A DNA stretch of 62,570 bases from Eremomyces bilateralis CBS 781.70. Taxonomy: Eukaryota. The notes below the pieces were generated by a model that made no database searches, had not been told where the DNA came from, and saw only the letters and a program-made list of their open reading frames with translations. Of this stretch, positions 60,047 to 62,570 are shown one piece after another. The translations under genes and the position numbers were made by a program. The DNA is taken from assembly GCA_010015585.1 (NCBI GenBank), contig ML975150.1; one strand, written 5' to 3'. Each line of letters opens with the position of its first letter. Position 1 is the stretch's first letter.

Positions 60047-61500
60047 CTTTGCAGCCGTTCGTTCCTTTCCTCGCGTTCGGTCTTTGCGTTCCCGATCCCT
60101 TAATTGCGCACTGAAAGGAAGATAAAGTCTGCTCGTCGTCGTAGGTCGTCGTGCTCGTTCACTCAGCGCGGAGAAAAAGGAGGAAGGATTTGCGCAGACC
60201 ACAGGTTCGCAGGGGGGGGGAAGACAAGCCCTTTCAAGGATCTGCCGGCACCGGGAAGGGGAAATCGCGTAATGAATCCAAGCTAGAATCGGGAAGGCGA
60301 GGCTAATGTGCTAAGATTTGGGTGCCTGAGCCTAGCCGTTGTCGGATCGCGTCGTCTTCGCTTCGTCTCAGGTCTGGCACTAACTTCAAGCACGCAAGCC
60401 AAAACGTGCCCGTTCCCTGCATGGAACCCCAACAGAACACAGTTTGGACAGGGGAGGGTGGAGTGGGGTGAGGGGGTAAGATTATGCAGGTAGTTAATAA
60501 AGGAGGATGCAGTCTTACTACGTACAGGACAATTGCTAAGTCAATGAATGTAGATAGTGAAAGGAGTGTTTAAAGAGGCCTTGAAGATGAAGGATAATTG
60601 AGGTTGATTAATACCTAGGTATATGAAATATCAAATGAAGATCTTTGATCCTCAAACTGTCCAAGGGACCAAGATCAACGATTGTCGGACTGGTGATCTG
60701 GTCCAGGAGAACTGGGGAACCAAGAATAGGCTCTTGCTCGGCACTTGGCACTTGGGTCATGGGTAGCGGGCGGCCCCAGGGACCGACTTCTCAAGTCCGA
60801 AGTCTCTCAATCGCCAATTCGCCATCGCTGCCCATCAGGGGCAGAGGGAGCCAGTCGATAACGAATGAAAGTATAAAACATGCCAGACCCACCGTATTAT
60901 CCGGGGAAATTACCCGTTCAGCTTCGACAGAACATGCCCGTGCATAACTAATGACAGTACTGATGATAGGAACAGACGATGCGATCCATGATTACTGGCC
61001 ATTTGGGCAGTGTGCTGACTGCTACTGTTTGATTGACAGTGATGGGTGAGCGTACATAGTAACCAGGAAGGCTCTCTTGGTAAGTCGGTATAATAGACTT
61101 AATAGACTTGGGATAGCAATTGTGAATTGGTAAATAAACCATTGAGACTTGAGGCGCAGCAGGAGCTGCCAGGGCCACCACCGCTGATCAAGTCGATCTT
61201 GATCTCCAGAGTATGGAGATGCCGATCTGCTTTCCTACGACTTTGAAATAATAACGCATATCTGTAAATGTCAACTTGAAGAACAGTCTGTAGGGAACAT
61301 CTTTAATATTGACTCCTCACTTCTCGATGTTATCATTGCGAAGAACGAAGATAGAAAATGGGGGCACAAGGCCACAAGGCACCAATGTATGTAATTAGGC
61401 CTGACCGGCGTATGAATCTCTCTCTCACCTCCAAATGTGCAGGGAAATACGGGGAGTTCTCAAGGTCATTTATTTTCCTTCGAGGCTTCGCTGTATAGTC

Positions 61501-61990
61501 GTTATTGTTGTTGTTGATTCATTTACCCTGACCTCTCCCGTGGGATATGCAGGCTACCACTATGGTACTCAGGCCTATCCTTCCTAAGCTAATTTACACT
61601 GTACTGCTTCTTGCACGAAGTGGTGATCACTATGTCCACGACCCCTGATTTGAGGCCGCCTTAGAGCCCTTGATGTGAACTTCTTAGATGCTTCCGCAAA
61701 AAGTCAAGCACTGCGTCTAGGATATCGCTGATTCGCTGTCAACTGCCCATCCCTTGGTTCTTCCTTAGTCCTAAGGTCTCCCTCTAAGCACTCCGGTGAT
61801 ACTGTTGAAATCGTCTCCTATTTTCTTCCGAAGCTGTTGTGGTAGCTCTCTGAGATTCGGACGGTCCACTAGGACGTGTACCACCGTCTCTCTTCCTCCG
61901 CATTCGGATTGGTCACCATCTCGAAAGCCGTGGATTTTGGCATGAGATGCAAGCCACGAGTGCCTTGTTCTAAGGAGACGGGTTGGGGGA
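61501..61990 (-). mobile_element. Degenerate 3' remnant of a Tad1-like non-LTR retrotransposon (ORF2 zinc-knuckle end, 3' UTR, (CAA)n tail)
   Basis: LRTRHSWLASHAK...ECGGRETVVHVLVD.P.LRE..QQLRKKIGD, then across stops and frameshifts ILDAVLDF/AEASKKF; ends in CAACAACAACAATAAC. Confidence 0.75.
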
Positions 61991-62175
61991 GGCACTATTT
62001 CTTAAACACTCTTAATAATAACTAGCACCAATCAGGTTTTAAAGCCTTTTGATTTCTAATCAAACATTACTTATCGGCTGTCGCCACTCATGCTATTCAT
62101 GTAGTATATAAAAGACACTATCTGTGAGGTAGGTTAGGTGGGCGGGGAGGAGGTTAAAGAAAGCTTAAGGAAATA

Positions 62176-62570
62176 TCACAAAGTAAGTTCCATGATCATA
62201 ACTCTTCCAGATGCATATCCGAAAGCAATAATGCCCCCATAAACAGCACTATAGCTTGGTCGATACTCGGGAGGAAGCCAAAGGATCCGCTCTGTATAGC
62301 TACTCACCCAGTGGTCATTGACAAAGATAGAAGATGGATGTTGTACACTGGTCATACCTATACCACCAGAGAGAGGTGATAAAATAGGCAAGAATCCACG
62401 GTCCGTCTGGAGAGAGGTACCGTTGTCGGAGAAAGAGAGAGCGTAGACGATGTTTCCAATATCGAGCGTCTGCTGCAACGCGCCCGACCCGGCGTCCCAT
62501 AGCTTGACCGTCTCGTCCCCCGATGCCGACGCCAGCGTCTTGCCGTCTGGCGCGAAGGCCACGGCGTGGA
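62176..62570 (-). CDS. C-terminal end of a HET-E/NWD-like WD40 protein (partial, runs off the window)
   Basis: AVAFAPDGKTLASASGDETVKLWDAGSGALQQTL, LSFS..G..LQTDRG and the typical tail WV....ERILWLPPEYRP....IAFGYASGRV. Confidence 0.85.
   Translation of the reverse strand, partial: HAVAFAPDGKTLASASGDETVKLWDAGSGALQQTLDIGNIVYALSFSDNGTSLQTDRGFLPILSPLSGGIGMTSVQHPSSIFVNDHWVSSYTERILWLPPEYRPSYSAVYGGIIAFGYASGRVMIMELTL

Noticed and set aside
60500..61450. Short ORFs between the microprotein gene and the LINE remnant
   Set aside because: No recognisable motifs or consistent splice pattern.
1..62570. tRNA, rRNA or snRNA genes
   Set aside because: No cloverleaf with A/B boxes and no recognisable rRNA or snRNA sequence seen by eye; a tRNAscan/Rfam run is needed to exclude them formally.

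Overview
Gene-dense genomic DNA from a filamentous ascomycete (Pezizomycotina). Evidence: short GT-AG introns with CTAAC/CTGAC branch sites and fungal orthologues; the FRQ motifs look Dothideomycete-like, but the taxon cannot be fixed from this window. About 20 intact-looking genes are present: GCN1, HFI1/ADA1, PRP6, an Emp46/47-type L-lectin, LPD1, an ankyrin-DIL protein, allantoicase, CMR1, NSL1/Mis14, a small multi-exon hypothetical, RasGAP, an AA9 LPMO, the circadian clock gene frq, MSH2, an SDR, a UsgS-like membrane protein, VAC14, a DENND6-like protein, a 74-aa microprotein, and the 3' end of a HET-E-like WD40 gene. There are two accessory patches. The first (~49.0-53.0 kb) holds a foldback, a Helitron-type PIF1 helicase fragment, a repeat-rich element end, an NB-ARC/TPR (NLR) pseudogene with RIP-like changes, and a LINE 3' tail. 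The second (~61.5-62.6 kb) holds a LINE 3' remnant and the WD40 gene end. The most unusual signals are a recurrent sub-kilobase C-rich-to-G-rich strand switch independent of gene orientation, an apparently conserved long/short FRQ start architecture, and the Helitron/NLR junction. I found no clearly new multi-gene system. Family assignments come from motif recognition, not database searches, and splice coordinates were read by eye.
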